From: Spirochaetia bacterium
GTDB taxonomy: Bacteria > Spirochaetota > Spirochaetia > SP-2023
Length of the DNA: 64,000 nucleotides
NCBI GenBank assembly: GCA_965263295.1
Contig: OZ253665.1
Coordinates: 1,984,001 to 2,048,000 of the forward strand
Direction of reading: 5' to 3'
Shown: positions 1-9,414 of the stretch, one piece after another
Layout: the number at the start of each line of letters is the position of its first letter
How positions within the stretch are numbered: position 1 is the first letter of the stretch
Translations under genes and position numbers: made by a program
Notes under the pieces: model-generated
Seen by the model: the letters and a program-made list of their open reading frames with translations, nothing else
Database searches by the model: none
Told to the model about the DNA's origin: nothing

Positions 1-1683
1 GAGACCTTTGAAGAATATCTATGGCAACAAGATTGGCGGGTACGGGAAAATGCCAATCAGAGTTATTCACTGGGTGGATTAATGCAGGGTCTGTCGGGGA
101 AACTGACAGCCAATTACTGGCTGGAAGAGGTTTACCCGCAGTCAATAAGCGAGTTACACCGCAACGCCGATATTCATATTCACGATCTGGGCATGTTTTG
201 TGGTTATTGTGCCGGGTGGTCGTTGCGTCAATTGTTGCACGAAGGCTTCAATGGGGTTGCCGGTTCAGTGGAAGCTGCTCCGGCACGCCACCTGCGCTCG
301 GCCATTGGTCAAATAGCCAATTTTCTGGGTACACTGCAAAATGAATGGGCCGGCGCTCAAGCCTTATCTTCAGTGGACAGCTATCTAGCTCCCTACGTGC
401 GAGTCGATCAGCTCAGTTACAAAGAAGTCAAGCAAAATATGCAAGAACTTATTTACAATCTGAATGTGATGTCGCGCTGGGGATCGCAGGCACCGTTTAC
501 CAACTTCACCTTTGACTGGAGTTGTTCGCCCGACTTGAAGGCCCAGCGGGTTGTGCTGGGCGGCGAAGAGCAGGATTTTTGTTACGGTGACCTGCAAACA
601 GAAATGAACATGATCAACAAGGCTTTCATTGAAGTCATGAATCGAGGGGATGCCAAAGGGCGTATTTTCACTTTTCCAATCCCGACCTATAACATAACGG
701 AAGATTTTGACTGGGACGGGGAAAATGCGCAGTTATTGTTTGAAGTGACAGCCAAGTATGGCCTACCATACTTTCAGAATTTCCTGAACTCTGATCTCTC
801 CCCCTCTGATGTGCGGTCAATGTGTTGTCGTTTACAACTGGATTTACGCGAGTTGCGCAAACGAGGCGGCGGGCTTTTTGGTTCGTCAGAGCAGACAGGT
901 TCAATTGGCGTGGTGACAATTAACTGCGCACGCCTGGGGCATCTTTTCAGTAACCGACAAGAAGCTTTGCTGTTCAAGCATCTGGATTATCTGCTGGCGC
1001 AAGCTAAAGACAGCCTTGAAATCAAGCGCAAGGTCATTAACCACTACCTCAAGCGCGGTCTATTTCCTTATACACGACGCTACTTGCACAATTTAGATAG
1101 ACACTTTGCCACTATCGGGGTCAATGGTATCAACGAGATGCTGCGTAATTTCACCAATGACAAAGAGGACATTACGAGCGCTTGGGGTAAGAATTTTGCC
1201 GAGCAATTTCTGGAATACATACGGAATCGGATGCAAGACTTCCAGGAAGAAACTGGCGGGCTTTACAATCTGGAGGCCACGCCAGCCGAAGGAACAACTT
1301 ACCGCTTTGCCCGCAAGGATCAGGAGTTGTATCCCGGTATCCTTCAGGCTGGTGTTCCAGAAGCGCCATATTATACCAATTCCTCCCAATTACCGGTGGG
1401 ATATGGGGGCAGCCCGCTAGGGACGCTGGATCATCAGGAATCTTTACAACGCAAATATACGGGTGGCACCGTTTTACACTTATATATGGCCGAGCCAATT
1501 AATTCCTGGCATCAGTGTCAAAAACTGGTTCGTCGAATTTTGGAAAACTATCGCATCCCATACCTGACAATTTCACCCACTTTCTCAATTTGTCCGAAGC
1601 ATGGATATATTGGTGGAAAGCACGAATTTTGTCCCAAATGTGATGCGGAACTACTAATTGAATACTCGCAACGAAGGAGTTAA
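1..1683 (+). CDS. nrdD: Anaerobic (class III) ribonucleoside-triphosphate reductase, large catalytic part; 5'-truncated by the window edge, lacks the glycyl-radical loop
   Basis: Frame is open from base 1 (ETFEEYLWQQDWRVRENAN...). Motifs HIHDL, GYCAGWSL, QAPFTN, FTFPIPT, SMCCRL, NLEATPAEG, YTNSS, YTGGTVLH and Zn site CPKH...CPKC. Ends before any RVxGY motif. Confidence 0.95.
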   Translation, partial: ETFEEYLWQQDWRVRENANQSYSLGGLMQGLSGKLTANYWLEEVYPQSISELHRNADIHIHDLGMFCGYCAGWSLRQLLHEGFNGVAGSVEAAPARHLRSAIGQIANFLGTLQNEWAGAQALSSVDSYLAPYVRVDQLSYKEVKQNMQELIYNLNVMSRWGSQAPFTNFTFDWSCSPDLKAQRVVLGGEEQDFCYGDLQTEMNMINKAFIEVMNRGDAKGRIFTFPIPTYNITEDFDWDGENAQLLFEVTAKYGLPYFQNFLNSDLSPSDVRSMCCRLQLDLRELRKRGGGLFGSSEQTGSIGVVTINCARLGHLFSNRQEALLFKHLDYLLAQAKDSLEIKRKVINHYLKRGLFPYTRRYLHNLDRHFATIGVNGINEMLRNFTNDKEDITSAWGKNFAEQFLEYIRNRMQDFQEETGGLYNLEATPAEGTTYRFARKDQELYPGILQAGVPEAPYYTNSSQLPVGYGGSPLGTLDHQESLQRKYTGGTVLHLYMAEPINSWHQCQKLVRRILENYRIPYLTISPTFSICPKHGYIGGKHEFCPKCDAELLIEYSQRRS

Positions 1684-1685
1684 AT

Positions 1686-1859
1686 ATGAGTAAGAGTATT
1701 GAGACGGCAGATAAGTTACCCTTAGAATGGCAGGAACGTCGTTGCCGTTGTGAGATCTGGACACGTGTTATGGGCTACCACCGCCCGTATAAGTCGTTTA
1801 ACGCCGGCAAGCAGGCCGAGTTTCGCGAACGGAAATACTGGGGCAAGGATTCTTTTTAA
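1686..1859 (+). CDS. Stand-alone NrdD C-terminal glycyl-radical peptide, 57 aa (MSKSIETADKLPLEWQERRCRCEIWTRVMGYHRPYKSFNAGKQAEFRERKYWGKDSF)
   Basis: Translated by hand; below the ORF-track cutoff. AAGGAG RBS at 1674-1679, ATG 1686, TAA 1857-1859. Contains CEIWTRVMGYHRP and FNAGKQAEFRER, typical of the NrdD C-terminus. Confidence 0.92.
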   Translation: MSKSIETADKLPLEWQERRCRCEIWTRVMGYHRPYKSFNAGKQAEFRERKYWGKDSF

Positions 1860-2028
1860 AGGATTTTTGTTAGCTGTAGAACATCCCACCCTAAGCGTAA
1901 AGTCAAGGATGGGTCTGAAATCATCAGGGGAAAATCTGCGATAAGAAGTACCAAAATCTGCGTCAGTTCTAAATCGCGGCCCGGTTGTTGGCCCGATCAC
2001 GCAACAAAGGGCTGGCTAAGGAATGGTT

Positions 2029-2856
2029 TCAGGGTGCTTTGATCTTTATTTTAGGCCGTTTGCGGAAGTACAGACCGCGCTCTAGCTCATCGTGCACCTG
2101 GAGGTAGAAGTCTTTGGCTGCCGCGGCAGATTTGAGTTCACTGTGCGGGCTTTGAAATACAAAATGCACGGCGCGGTGCTGGATAAAAAGGATGAATTCG
2201 GTATATAAATATTTTTTAGACATAAAATACAGCAAATAGCCATAGTTGTCGTTGTGCCCAAAGCTATGTACCTCCGGTGCTCGCACCTCGCGTATTTGCA
2301 CCGAATTTTGCCAGCTGGCCCGCAAGTTCGCCAGGTATTCGCGGGGTTGTACCTGATACGCTTCGTCATAGACGACGAACTGGATGCTTGGGCTGGGCTT
2401 CCTTCCGCTCCGTTGTGACCTGTAGGCCCGCATAGCGATATTTTGTGGCATCTGTTGCAGGTCCTGCAGGGCATCGGCGCCAAACTGCGCCGTATTTGGC
2501 ACAGACATTGTTGTGTTCGTTGTTGTGCCCGTTCCGGGACTTTGACAATCGTGAGCCTGCCAGTTGCGCAGCTCATCCCAGCGTTTTGAGGCACGGAAGA
2601 ACAGAAACTCTGTCTTGTTGTTCTCCTTGCTGTTCTCGCGCGCCTGGCTATCAGGTCCTGGCACATTACGCGGAGCTTGGGCCGTGGCGTGCTTGCCTGT
2701 CTTGAAGTCCACAACTGGGAATTGCAGCAAACGCGACTCGGAATTGGCGTGTACGATAAGACGGGAGGGTGCCGCATTGCCGCCAGCAGCCTGGCTCTGG
2801 CAGCCGAGAAGAGGAAGCGCCAATAGTTGGCTAATCAGGTATAGCGAGAACTTCAT
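2029..2856 (-). CDS. Hypothetical lipoprotein
   Basis: 275-aa ORF; N-terminal hydrophobic stretch ending in lipobox LLGC. Confidence 0.7.
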   Translation of the reverse strand: MKFSLYLISQLLALPLLGCQSQAAGGNAAPSRLIVHANSESRLLQFPVVDFKTGKHATAQAPRNVPGPDSQARENSKENNKTEFLFFRASKRWDELRNWQAHDCQSPGTGTTTNTTMSVPNTAQFGADALQDLQQMPQNIAMRAYRSQRSGRKPSPSIQFVVYDEAYQVQPREYLANLRASWQNSVQIREVRAPEVHSFGHNDNYGYLLYFMSKKYLYTEFILFIQHRAVHFVFQSPHSELKSAAAAKDFYLQVHDELERGLYFRKRPKIKIKAP

Positions 2857-2922
2857 ATCTTGGGTATCCTAGTGAAATCGTTATTTTTTTTGACAGGCCC
2901 CCCAATACTGCAAGGTCATAGA

Positions 2923-2951
2923 TTGACTGTCAATTATGATCTAATTATAAT
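2923..2951 (+). promoter_or_regulatory. Sigma70-type promoter of the rplU operon; -35 lies inside a dyad
   Basis: TTGACT-N17-TATAAT. The -35 sits in TCATAgATTGAC-T-GTCAATTATGA, which also gives TTGACA on the minus strand. Confidence 0.75.
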
Positions 2952-2954
2952 ATT

Positions 2955-3085
2955 GCGCCGCTAAGATTTGCCTCCATGCCAAATGGAGGGAGCTCTGGTT
3001 TTTGATGGTGGTGGAAATTGCGGTTCGTGTGTGCGGCTTTCCGCGACGACATAACCAATAAAATGTTCAATTTATGGAGTAGCTC
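2955..3085 (+). promoter_or_regulatory. Structured ~130-nt 5' leader of rplU (possible L21-type autoregulatory leader)
   Basis: Hairpins CCTCCAT-gccaa-ATGGAGG (2971-2989) and GCGG-cttt-CCGC between the promoter and rplU. Confidence 0.35.
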
Positions 3086-3403
3086 ATGTACGCATTAGTC
3101 GAAATTAAAGGTAAGCAATATAAAGCGGTCAAGGGTGAAACCCTGAAGGTCGACCGTTTTAATGAAGGGGCCGGCACTAGCTTGGACTGCGATAAAGTCA
3201 TGCTGTTATCCGATGGCGATAAAAGTGTTGTCGGTAAACCTTACGTGGCCGGTGCCAGTGTGAAATTAACTCTCGGTGAGGCCGTCAAGGGTAAGAAGCT
3301 CCGCGTATTCAAGTACAAACGTCGCAAAAAGTACCGCTTGACTCGTGGCCACCGTCAACAGTATAGCCTACTGAAAGTTGAAGATATTCAGGGTAGCCTT
3401 TAA
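3086..3403 (+). CDS. rplU: 50S ribosomal protein L21
   Basis: MYALVEIKGKQYK...GKPYV...FKYKRRKKY...GHRQ. Confidence 0.98.
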   Translation: MYALVEIKGKQYKAVKGETLKVDRFNEGAGTSLDCDKVMLLSDGDKSVVGKPYVAGASVKLTLGEAVKGKKLRVFKYKRRKKYRLTRGHRQQYSLLKVEDIQGSL

Positions 3404-3441
3404 GCCCCGCCGCAAAATTGCGCTGAGCAAGTACCGAGGTC

Positions 3442-3771
3442 TTGAGTTTGCAGGCTGTATTGCAATGGCGCCGCGCTGTACTGGTGTATGTCAGAGTGTC
3501 GGGCCACGCTGCGGCCGGCCAAGTTGAGCTTTGTATTGCCGCAAGTTGTTTGTTGCGCAGCTGTGCTTCGGCCATACAGGAGCTGAGGCTACCGGCTGCT
3601 TGCTGGCAATTAAGCTTGCCGCAAGAAGGTGAGTTTGTTTGGCGACTGATAGACTGGCCTGCTGAATGTTTGGGAGTCGTACAGGGGATTTCGTCAGTTC
3701 TAGCCACTGGTTTGCGCCGGCTGGCCGCAGACTTTCCGGCTTTAGAGCTCAGAGAGTTGGCGGCAAATTGA
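3442..3771 (+). CDS. prp: Ribosomal-processing cysteine protease Prp (YsxB family), divergent
   Basis: Lies between rplU and rpmA; ~109 aa; SGHA...LCIAAS motif with His and Cys; C-terminal GLRRLAADFP resembles the family GLxxlaxxYP. Confidence 0.8.
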   Translation: MSLQAVLQWRRAVLVYVRVSGHAAAGQVELCIAASCLLRSCASAIQELRLPAACWQLSLPQEGEFVWRLIDWPAECLGVVQGISSVLATGLRRLAADFPALELRELAAN

Positions 3772-3817
3772 TTTTATGAATAAATAGCTGTCGGGAGGCA
3801 GTAAAAGGAAGGAAGTC

Positions 3818-4078
3818 ATGGCACATAAAAAAGGGGGCGGTAGCTCAAAGAATGGGCGCGATTCTAAATCGAAGCGTCTGGGTGTAAAGCGCTTCGGCGG
3901 TCAATTAGTCAAGGCCGGTGAGATTATCGTGCGTCAGCGCGGCACTAAGTTCCATCCCGGCAAGAATGTGGGCGTTGGTCGCGACCACTCTTTGTTCGCT
4001 CTGGAGCAGGGTCACATCCGTTTTCATTTCACCTTGGGCAAAAAACGCGTTTCGGTAGACACTCAAGTCACGGCCTAG
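3818..4078 (+). CDS. rpmA: 50S ribosomal protein L27, no N-terminal extension
   Basis: [16 protein letters not shown]...RLGVK...RQRGT; RBS upstream; in-frame TAG at 3785-3787. Confidence 0.98.
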   Translation: MAHKKGGGSSKNGRDSKSKRLGVKRFGGQLVKAGEIIVRQRGTKFHPGKNVGVGRDHSLFALEQGHIRFHFTLGKKRVSVDTQVTA

Positions 4079-4125
4079 TTGTCCAGCGCAGAATTCGTGA
4101 TTCGTGTTCATGATTCATGATGGCG

Positions 4126-4155
4126 AGGCCTGGATTTCTGCAGGCCTTGTTTTCT
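4126..4155 (+). terminator. Possible intrinsic terminator after rpmA
   Basis: AGGCCTG-N8-CAGGCCT followed by TGTTTTCT. Confidence 0.45.
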
Positions 4156-4191
4156 ATTCATATTTTTCCTGTCCATGAAAGGCAGAAAAAA

Positions 4192-5214
4192 ATGCGACGT
4201 TCGCGATCGTTTGTCGACTCAGTGCATCTGCGGCTTTGTGCCGGCCAAGGAGGAGATGGTGCGGTATCGTTTCTGCGTGAGCGCTGCCGGCCCAATGGAG
4301 GGCCCGACGGCGGTGACGGCGGGGCCGGTGGCAATGTGTTGATTGAGGTCTCGCACAATTTGAACACATTGTCTCATTTAGTTGGAATAAAACAAATTAA
4401 TGCCGATCAAGGCAAAAGGGGCACAGGGGGCTGTCGCTCTGGTCACAGTGGCAACGATGTCAAGGTTTTGGTAGCGCCGGGGACGCTGATTTACAATGCC
4501 GAGACGGGCGAATTGATACTGGATACCGTGAATATCCAGCCCGGCGAGGGCCATGTATTGTTGCATGGAGGCCGGGGCGGCAAGGGTAACCACCATTTTA
4601 AGGGACCTCGACGTCAATTGCCGCGTTTTGCTCAAGCGGGAGAAGAGGGCGAAGAAGGCTACTTTCGCCTGGAACTGCGCCTGATTGCCGATATTGGCCT
4701 GGTCGGCTTGCCCAATGCGGGCAAGTCTTCGCTACAAAACTTGCTGACTAACGCCCGCGCCCATGTCGGCGCTTACCCATTTAGCACCACCGTCCCCAAC
4801 CTGGGGGTTCTTCAAGTTTCTGGCCAGGACATCGTGATTGCCGATATTCCCGGTATTATTCAAGGTGCCGCCGAGGGTTGCGGCCTCGGATTGCACTTTC
4901 TCGGCCATATATCCCGCGCCGCAGCCCTTCTTTTTGTCGTAGATACCGCGGAAACCGGTTGTGAAGTCGTGGTTGAGCAGCTGCGCGGGGAGCTGGCCTC
5001 TTACGATGAGCAGTTTCATAGCCAGTTGTCGCAAAAACCTTGGGCTATTCTGGCCAACAAGATCGACATACCTGAAGCCGCTGGGAATTTACAGCGGTTG
5101 CGCCATACTTATCCGAAGATTGAAATTGTAGCGGTATCTTGCCTCGACCCCAAATATGTGCCGCACTTGCAGGAATTCCTGCCGCGTTTGAAAAAAATGG
5201 CTAAATTGGGATGA
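4192..5214 (+). CDS. obgE: GTPase ObgE/CgtA
   Basis: Gly-rich Obg fold (GGPDGGDGGAGG), GLPNAGKS, DIPG, NKID; start probably ATG 4192. Confidence 0.96.
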   Translation: MRRSRSFVDSVHLRLCAGQGGDGAVSFLRERCRPNGGPDGGDGGAGGNVLIEVSHNLNTLSHLVGIKQINADQGKRGTGGCRSGHSGNDVKVLVAPGTLIYNAETGELILDTVNIQPGEGHVLLHGGRGGKGNHHFKGPRRQLPRFAQAGEEGEEGYFRLELRLIADIGLVGLPNAGKSSLQNLLTNARAHVGAYPFSTTVPNLGVLQVSGQDIVIADIPGIIQGAAEGCGLGLHFLGHISRAAALLFVVDTAETGCEVVVEQLRGELASYDEQFHSQLSQKPWAILANKIDIPEAAGNLQRLRHTYPKIEIVAVSCLDPKYVPHLQEFLPRLKKMAKLG

Positions 5215-5228
5215 AAATTGGATGAAAA

Positions 5229-5909
5229 TTGATTGGGCCACACGGCAAAGAACAGTCGGTTGTGCACTCTGAGAAATTCCAGGCTCTCTATTTCGGCGGC
5301 AGCTTTAATCCCTTTCATAGAGGGCATATGACTATCGTGGGCGAGCTGCAGCGCCTGTTCCCACAAAACTTGATCGTCTTGCTGCCCAACCGTGTTTCGC
5401 CGTTAAAACAGCCAGATGATACGTGGCCGACGGTCCAGCAAAAGCTGGCAATGATGCAGGCCGTTCTGCTCGATTTACAAGAATCCCTGCCAGGGGCTTC
5501 GTTGCGTTTAGAGCTCTGCGAGCTCCAACGAAATGCTCCTTCTTATACTTCGGATACCCTGCGTTATTTGCAAGGGGAAAATATTTGCCGTGCGGTCGAT
5601 GCTGGGCGGCGTCACTTCGCGCTGGTCCTAGGCTGGGATAGTTTTTGTTCCTTACCGTTGTGGCGAGATTGGGAGTTTCTGTTGGGGGCCTGCCATTTTC
5701 TTGTCTTCTGCCGCCCAAGTCAAAAGCCGCTCTGTGAGCCGCCGCGTGAACTGCTCGTGCGCTCTGAATACACCCTGCTGGAATTGAATGAGCCATGGTC
5801 TTCGCGCGACTTGCGGCAATGGCTGGCCGCAGGTCGTCACAAGCCTTGGGATTACCTGCTGGGGCCGCGGCAATGGACTTATATCCGGCAGCATGGCCTG
5901 TATCAATAA
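5229..5909 (+). CDS. nadD: Nicotinate-nucleotide adenylyltransferase
   Basis: FGGSFNPFHRGH, PSYTSDTL, LGWDS, W..W motifs. Confidence 0.92.
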   Translation: MIGPHGKEQSVVHSEKFQALYFGGSFNPFHRGHMTIVGELQRLFPQNLIVLLPNRVSPLKQPDDTWPTVQQKLAMMQAVLLDLQESLPGASLRLELCELQRNAPSYTSDTLRYLQGENICRAVDAGRRHFALVLGWDSFCSLPLWRDWEFLLGACHFLVFCRPSQKPLCEPPRELLVRSEYTLLELNEPWSSRDLRQWLAAGRHKPWDYLLGPRQWTYIRQHGLYQ

Positions 5910-6074
5910 GCTGAGAGCAGGGATCTACTTTGAGGCGACTTGTGAAGAGCCGGTCTGGCGGCCGAATGGCATTCCTGCCCTAGATGGGGAAAGACTGGAA
6001 AAGGCTGGGCAGAAGGCCCTGCTTTCGCTACCTTTTAAATAGCACAAACAAAAATAGCCCGCAACGAGAACAAT

Positions 6075-6698
6075 ATGAACAACGAGCAAAGCAAGCAAGC
6101 TAAAGCTGTCCGCGATTTCTGTAAACATTACCTGAGTGAGGATCGTTATCGGCACTTGGAGCGAGTATTCCAAACGATGATAGAGCTTAACAAACGTAAG
6201 AGCCTCGGCATCTCGGATGATCAAATGGCTCTGGCGGGCTTTGGCCATGACATCGCGCGTGAGTTACCCGGCGAGATCTCGGCGCTATTGCTGGAACAGG
6301 CCGGTATGGAGCTGGAACCGTGGGAGCATGAGTTTAAATTATTCTGTCATTCCCGGGCCAGCATTGTGATTTTACGCCAGTGCTTCGGCGTAGAAGATGC
6401 CGAGGTATTTCAGGCGATGAAGTGCCACACCTTGGGCGACGCCGGCCTCTGTACTTTGGCAAAACTCCTTTATGTTGCCGACTTTCTGGAGCCCAAACGC
6501 CATTTTCTCCAGCCCGAAGAGAGACAGAAATGCATGGATGCGGAATTGAACTCCATGGTCTACGAAGTTTGCCGTCGCACTTCCAAGTTCTTGCAGGACA
6601 ATGACAAGCCCATCCTGCCTCCCACGCGGGCCATGATTAAAGAGCTGGAGCAGGAGTTGGCGATTTCCCGTGAACAGCGCTTTGATCTCAACCGCTGA
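6075..6698 (+). CDS. yqeK: HD-domain Ap4A hydrolase YqeK
   Basis: RYRH...GHDIARE...H...CHTLG...LYVADFLEP; follows nadD. Confidence 0.9.
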   Translation: MNNEQSKQAKAVRDFCKHYLSEDRYRHLERVFQTMIELNKRKSLGISDDQMALAGFGHDIARELPGEISALLLEQAGMELEPWEHEFKLFCHSRASIVILRQCFGVEDAEVFQAMKCHTLGDAGLCTLAKLLYVADFLEPKRHFLQPEERQKCMDAELNSMVYEVCRRTSKFLQDNDKPILPPTRAMIKELEQELAISREQRFDLNR

Positions 6699-6728
6699 GC
6701 AGTGCAACTGGCAAGCTGTCTGATTTAT

Positions 6729-8108
6729 ATGTCAAACAACTTAATATATAATCCAAACGAAAGTAAAAAAATCTTCTCGCGCATCTATGCCGGGGTCTTC
6801 TTCTCGTTGCTGATTGCCCTGATTACAATAATATTCACTTTGATCCGTACAGATATTGTGACAAACAGTGTGCTGAAGAAGGAGAATCTGCCCTTCTTGC
6901 TGATTGTCAGCGATGAAAACGGGCCAGTCATGACAGAGGTGGTTTTGTTTAATGCCCAAACCGATCGTCTGGCTTTGATTGACATCCCTTACGAGGCGGG
7001 GGACCTGTTGCCAAATCTAAAGCGTTCGGACCGCTACAGTGTGTTCTACCAGCAGGGTGACAAAGAGAGTTATCGCCACAGCATTGAAGAGCTACTGAAT
7101 ATTAATTTTTTGTTTACATTAGAGTTGAATGTGACGCAATTAGTCAAACTGGTGGATTTGCTTGAGGGGATTGACCTATATTTTTTTGCGCCTATTGATC
7201 GTATAAATCCAATAACACAAAAACGTTATATATACAATGCCGGTGAGCAGCATTTAGATGGCGATCAATCGCGTGATTTTCTCTATGCAGTAGCGGGAAC
7301 CTCGGACTATACCGAGTTTCTGCAACAACAGGAGATTCTAGGGGAATCCTTTGAAGGAACGGATCCAGAACCTCTTTACACAGGATATCTACCCTCTCAG
7401 TATGTAGCCCGTCGGGGCGCTAATTTAACCCGAACTCAAATTGATACAGAGATGGAGAGTCGCAGCATCCTGCGGCAGAAAAATCTGCGCTATACCCGCG
7501 AATTATTGTTGGGTATAGCGTCTACTTTACAGAAATACAGCGGTGAGCGCGAAAAATATATCAATCTGCTTTACAACTATTTTCAAACCGATCTGAACAA
7601 ACGTTCTTTCCGCAAGTTGTTATTTTACCTAAGTAAAGTTGATACCAAATCAGCAGAAGTCATATTTCAGGATTTTCTGGGTGAAGAGCGTATGGTTCAA
7701 GGGAAACGCATTAACTTCCCAATTTATGACGGTCAAGTAATTCGCTCGCAGGTTGTGCGTATTTCCACCCAACTGCGCAATAATGAAGAGATTGTTGCAG
7801 AGCTGTATCCCGTGCGTGTCGAGATTTTAAATGGCACCAATGTAAATGGCCTGGCCTCCCGTACAGGGGCCTTGTACAGTCGGGAAGGTTTTGATGTAAT
7901 CAATGTTGACAACGCAGATCGTTCGGACTACGACAAAACAGTGGTTGTCAATCTGCACAGCAAAAATCTGGATGATGTACGCCGAGTAGCCCAGTTGGTT
8001 GGCGCTGAAAATGTGATTTTACAACCATTGCCAGGTGGTGAACAGTCTGAGGCTGAAGTGCGGGTTGTATTGGGAAAGGACTTTGATGAAGACCGAATTA
8101 CGGAATAG
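6729..8108 (+). CDS. LCP-family protein with C-terminal LytR_C domain
   Basis: N-terminal TM helix; LVDLLEGI and GEQHLDGD motifs; C-terminal VEILNGTNVNGLA...NAD...VVLGKDF. Confidence 0.85.
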   Translation: MSNNLIYNPNESKKIFSRIYAGVFFSLLIALITIIFTLIRTDIVTNSVLKKENLPFLLIVSDENGPVMTEVVLFNAQTDRLALIDIPYEAGDLLPNLKRSDRYSVFYQQGDKESYRHSIEELLNINFLFTLELNVTQLVKLVDLLEGIDLYFFAPIDRINPITQKRYIYNAGEQHLDGDQSRDFLYAVAGTSDYTEFLQQQEILGESFEGTDPEPLYTGYLPSQYVARRGANLTRTQIDTEMESRSILRQKNLRYTRELLLGIASTLQKYSGEREKYINLLYNYFQTDLNKRSFRKLLFYLSKVDTKSAEVIFQDFLGEERMVQGKRINFPIYDGQVIRSQVVRISTQLRNNEEIVAELYPVRVEILNGTNVNGLASRTGALYSREGFDVINVDNADRSDYDKTVVVNLHSKNLDDVRRVAQLVGAENVILQPLPGGEQSEAEVRVVLGKDFDEDRITE

Positions 8109-8454
8109 CGTGCTGCAGCTTGCGGGACTACTGCAAGAGCTTAAGGGCGAAGACACCATTGCCGTGCGTTTAGAGCCTAGTGTATCGTGGGCTAGTTACT
8201 GTATAATCAGCACCTGTAATAGCGTGACCCATATGCACGGCATCCTCGGCCGATTGCGCAAAGAACTGATTTTTGAAAATAGTGAACTGAGATGGAATGT
8301 CTGTGCTCTGTCGCGACAACTTGAATATACTTCCTGGTTTCCGATTGATTTAGGTTCAATTGTGATTCACCTTATGAACTATGATGCCCGCGAATTTTAC
8401 GAATTGGAAAAACTTTGGCCTGTGGCCGAGATACTTGAACTAAAGAAATTTTAA
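8086..8454 (+). CDS. rsfS: Ribosome silencing factor RsfS
   Basis: W..IDLGSIVIHLM...REFYELEKLW. Confidence 0.92.
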   Translation: MKTELRNSVLQLAGLLQELKGEDTIAVRLEPSVSWASYCIISTCNSVTHMHGILGRLRKELIFENSELRWNVCALSRQLEYTSWFPIDLGSIVIHLMNYDAREFYELEKLWPVAEILELKKF

Positions 8455-8507
8455 ATCCTTTTTGTAAATTTTCGCTAAAAATGAAAAGTGCGACATGATG
8501 ATAGTTT

Positions 8508-9281
8508 TCATTGGTAGCGGCGGGCGACATTGGCGCTTAAAAGTCTGCAGATTGAGGCGGCATAAGGTGCAAACAGCTTCAGCATGGCCTGCTCGGAATA
8601 TGTGCAGCTGCGATCCGCAAAAGCTAGCCCCGCAATGGGCTTTTGTATAAGGCGCAAACGGGCAAGACTTTCCGGGGCCGTCAACACCTCTTCTTTGGCG
8701 CTAGGGGTGTGACCGATGGGAAAACAGATCTTGTGCTCACGGTATTCATTTTGTTTTTCAAGATACAAATAGCCCAGATTTTGTGATTTTTCATCTGCTT
8801 GCTGACTCTGGTAGTGCTGCAGCAGGCTACCAATGATTGAGTCTTGGCAGTTGTATAAATTTGTGGGGTGGATAGCGTCGATAGGTTGTTGGCCCGGTTC
8901 TTTATGCAGTAAGTACAGGACCTTATCTTTATACAGCACGCCGAGGGCTAAAACGAGATCGTTGGCTATGGCCGCCGGCAGTGTTCTAATAGTCCTCACG
9001 GTGGCGCTCAGCAACCTGGAGGCATGCAAGCTTTGGGCAGCTAAGACGTGGATGCCTGGGCCTGGTATATATTTGCGACGATGGTCTTGAGTCAAGAACC
9101 CCATGAATTTTAGTGTTCCCAGCAGGCGATTAACCGTCGTACGCCCTTTGTTCAATTTTCTAGCCAGCTCTACGCTACCGATAGGCTGATCCGCGCTGAT
9201 TACCGCATATAGACATTCTATGCCTGAGATTAGACTGTTATTGGGCTGTGCGGGCAAGCCGGTATCTATTTTCTTTCCCAT
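8508..9281 (-). CDS. IclR-family transcriptional regulator
   Basis: NNSLISGIECL...ELARKLNKGRTTVNRLLGTL...KY.PGP N-terminal wHTH; start taken at MGKK. Confidence 0.8.
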   Translation of the reverse strand: MGKKIDTGLPAQPNNSLISGIECLYAVISADQPIGSVELARKLNKGRTTVNRLLGTLKFMGFLTQDHRRKYIPGPGIHVLAAQSLHASRLLSATVRTIRTLPAAIANDLVLALGVLYKDKVLYLLHKEPGQQPIDAIHPTNLYNCQDSIIGSLLQHYQSQQADEKSQNLGYLYLEKQNEYREHKICFPIGHTPSAKEEVLTAPESLARLRLIQKPIAGLAFADRSCTYSEQAMLKLFAPYAASICRLLSANVARRYQ

Positions 9282-9414
9282 AAAAAAGTATTGCAAGTCT
9301 GACGACGGGTTTAAAGTATAATGCCCCAGCCGCTTAGGCAATCAGATTTAGGCATTAGATTTGAGCATCAAATTTGGACATCGAAAATAGGATCATATCA
9401 TAATTAGTAGCTGG

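Noticed and set aside
4094..4120. TTCGTGA-TTCGTG-TTCATGA-TTCATGA mini-repeat sharing TTCGTG with the 16.6-kb element
   Set aside because: Period is 6-7 bp rather than 10 and other element features are absent; probably simple slippage.
5788..6042. 84-aa ORF between nadD and yqeK
   Set aside because: Overlaps nadD, no motif or RBS seen; cannot be supported.
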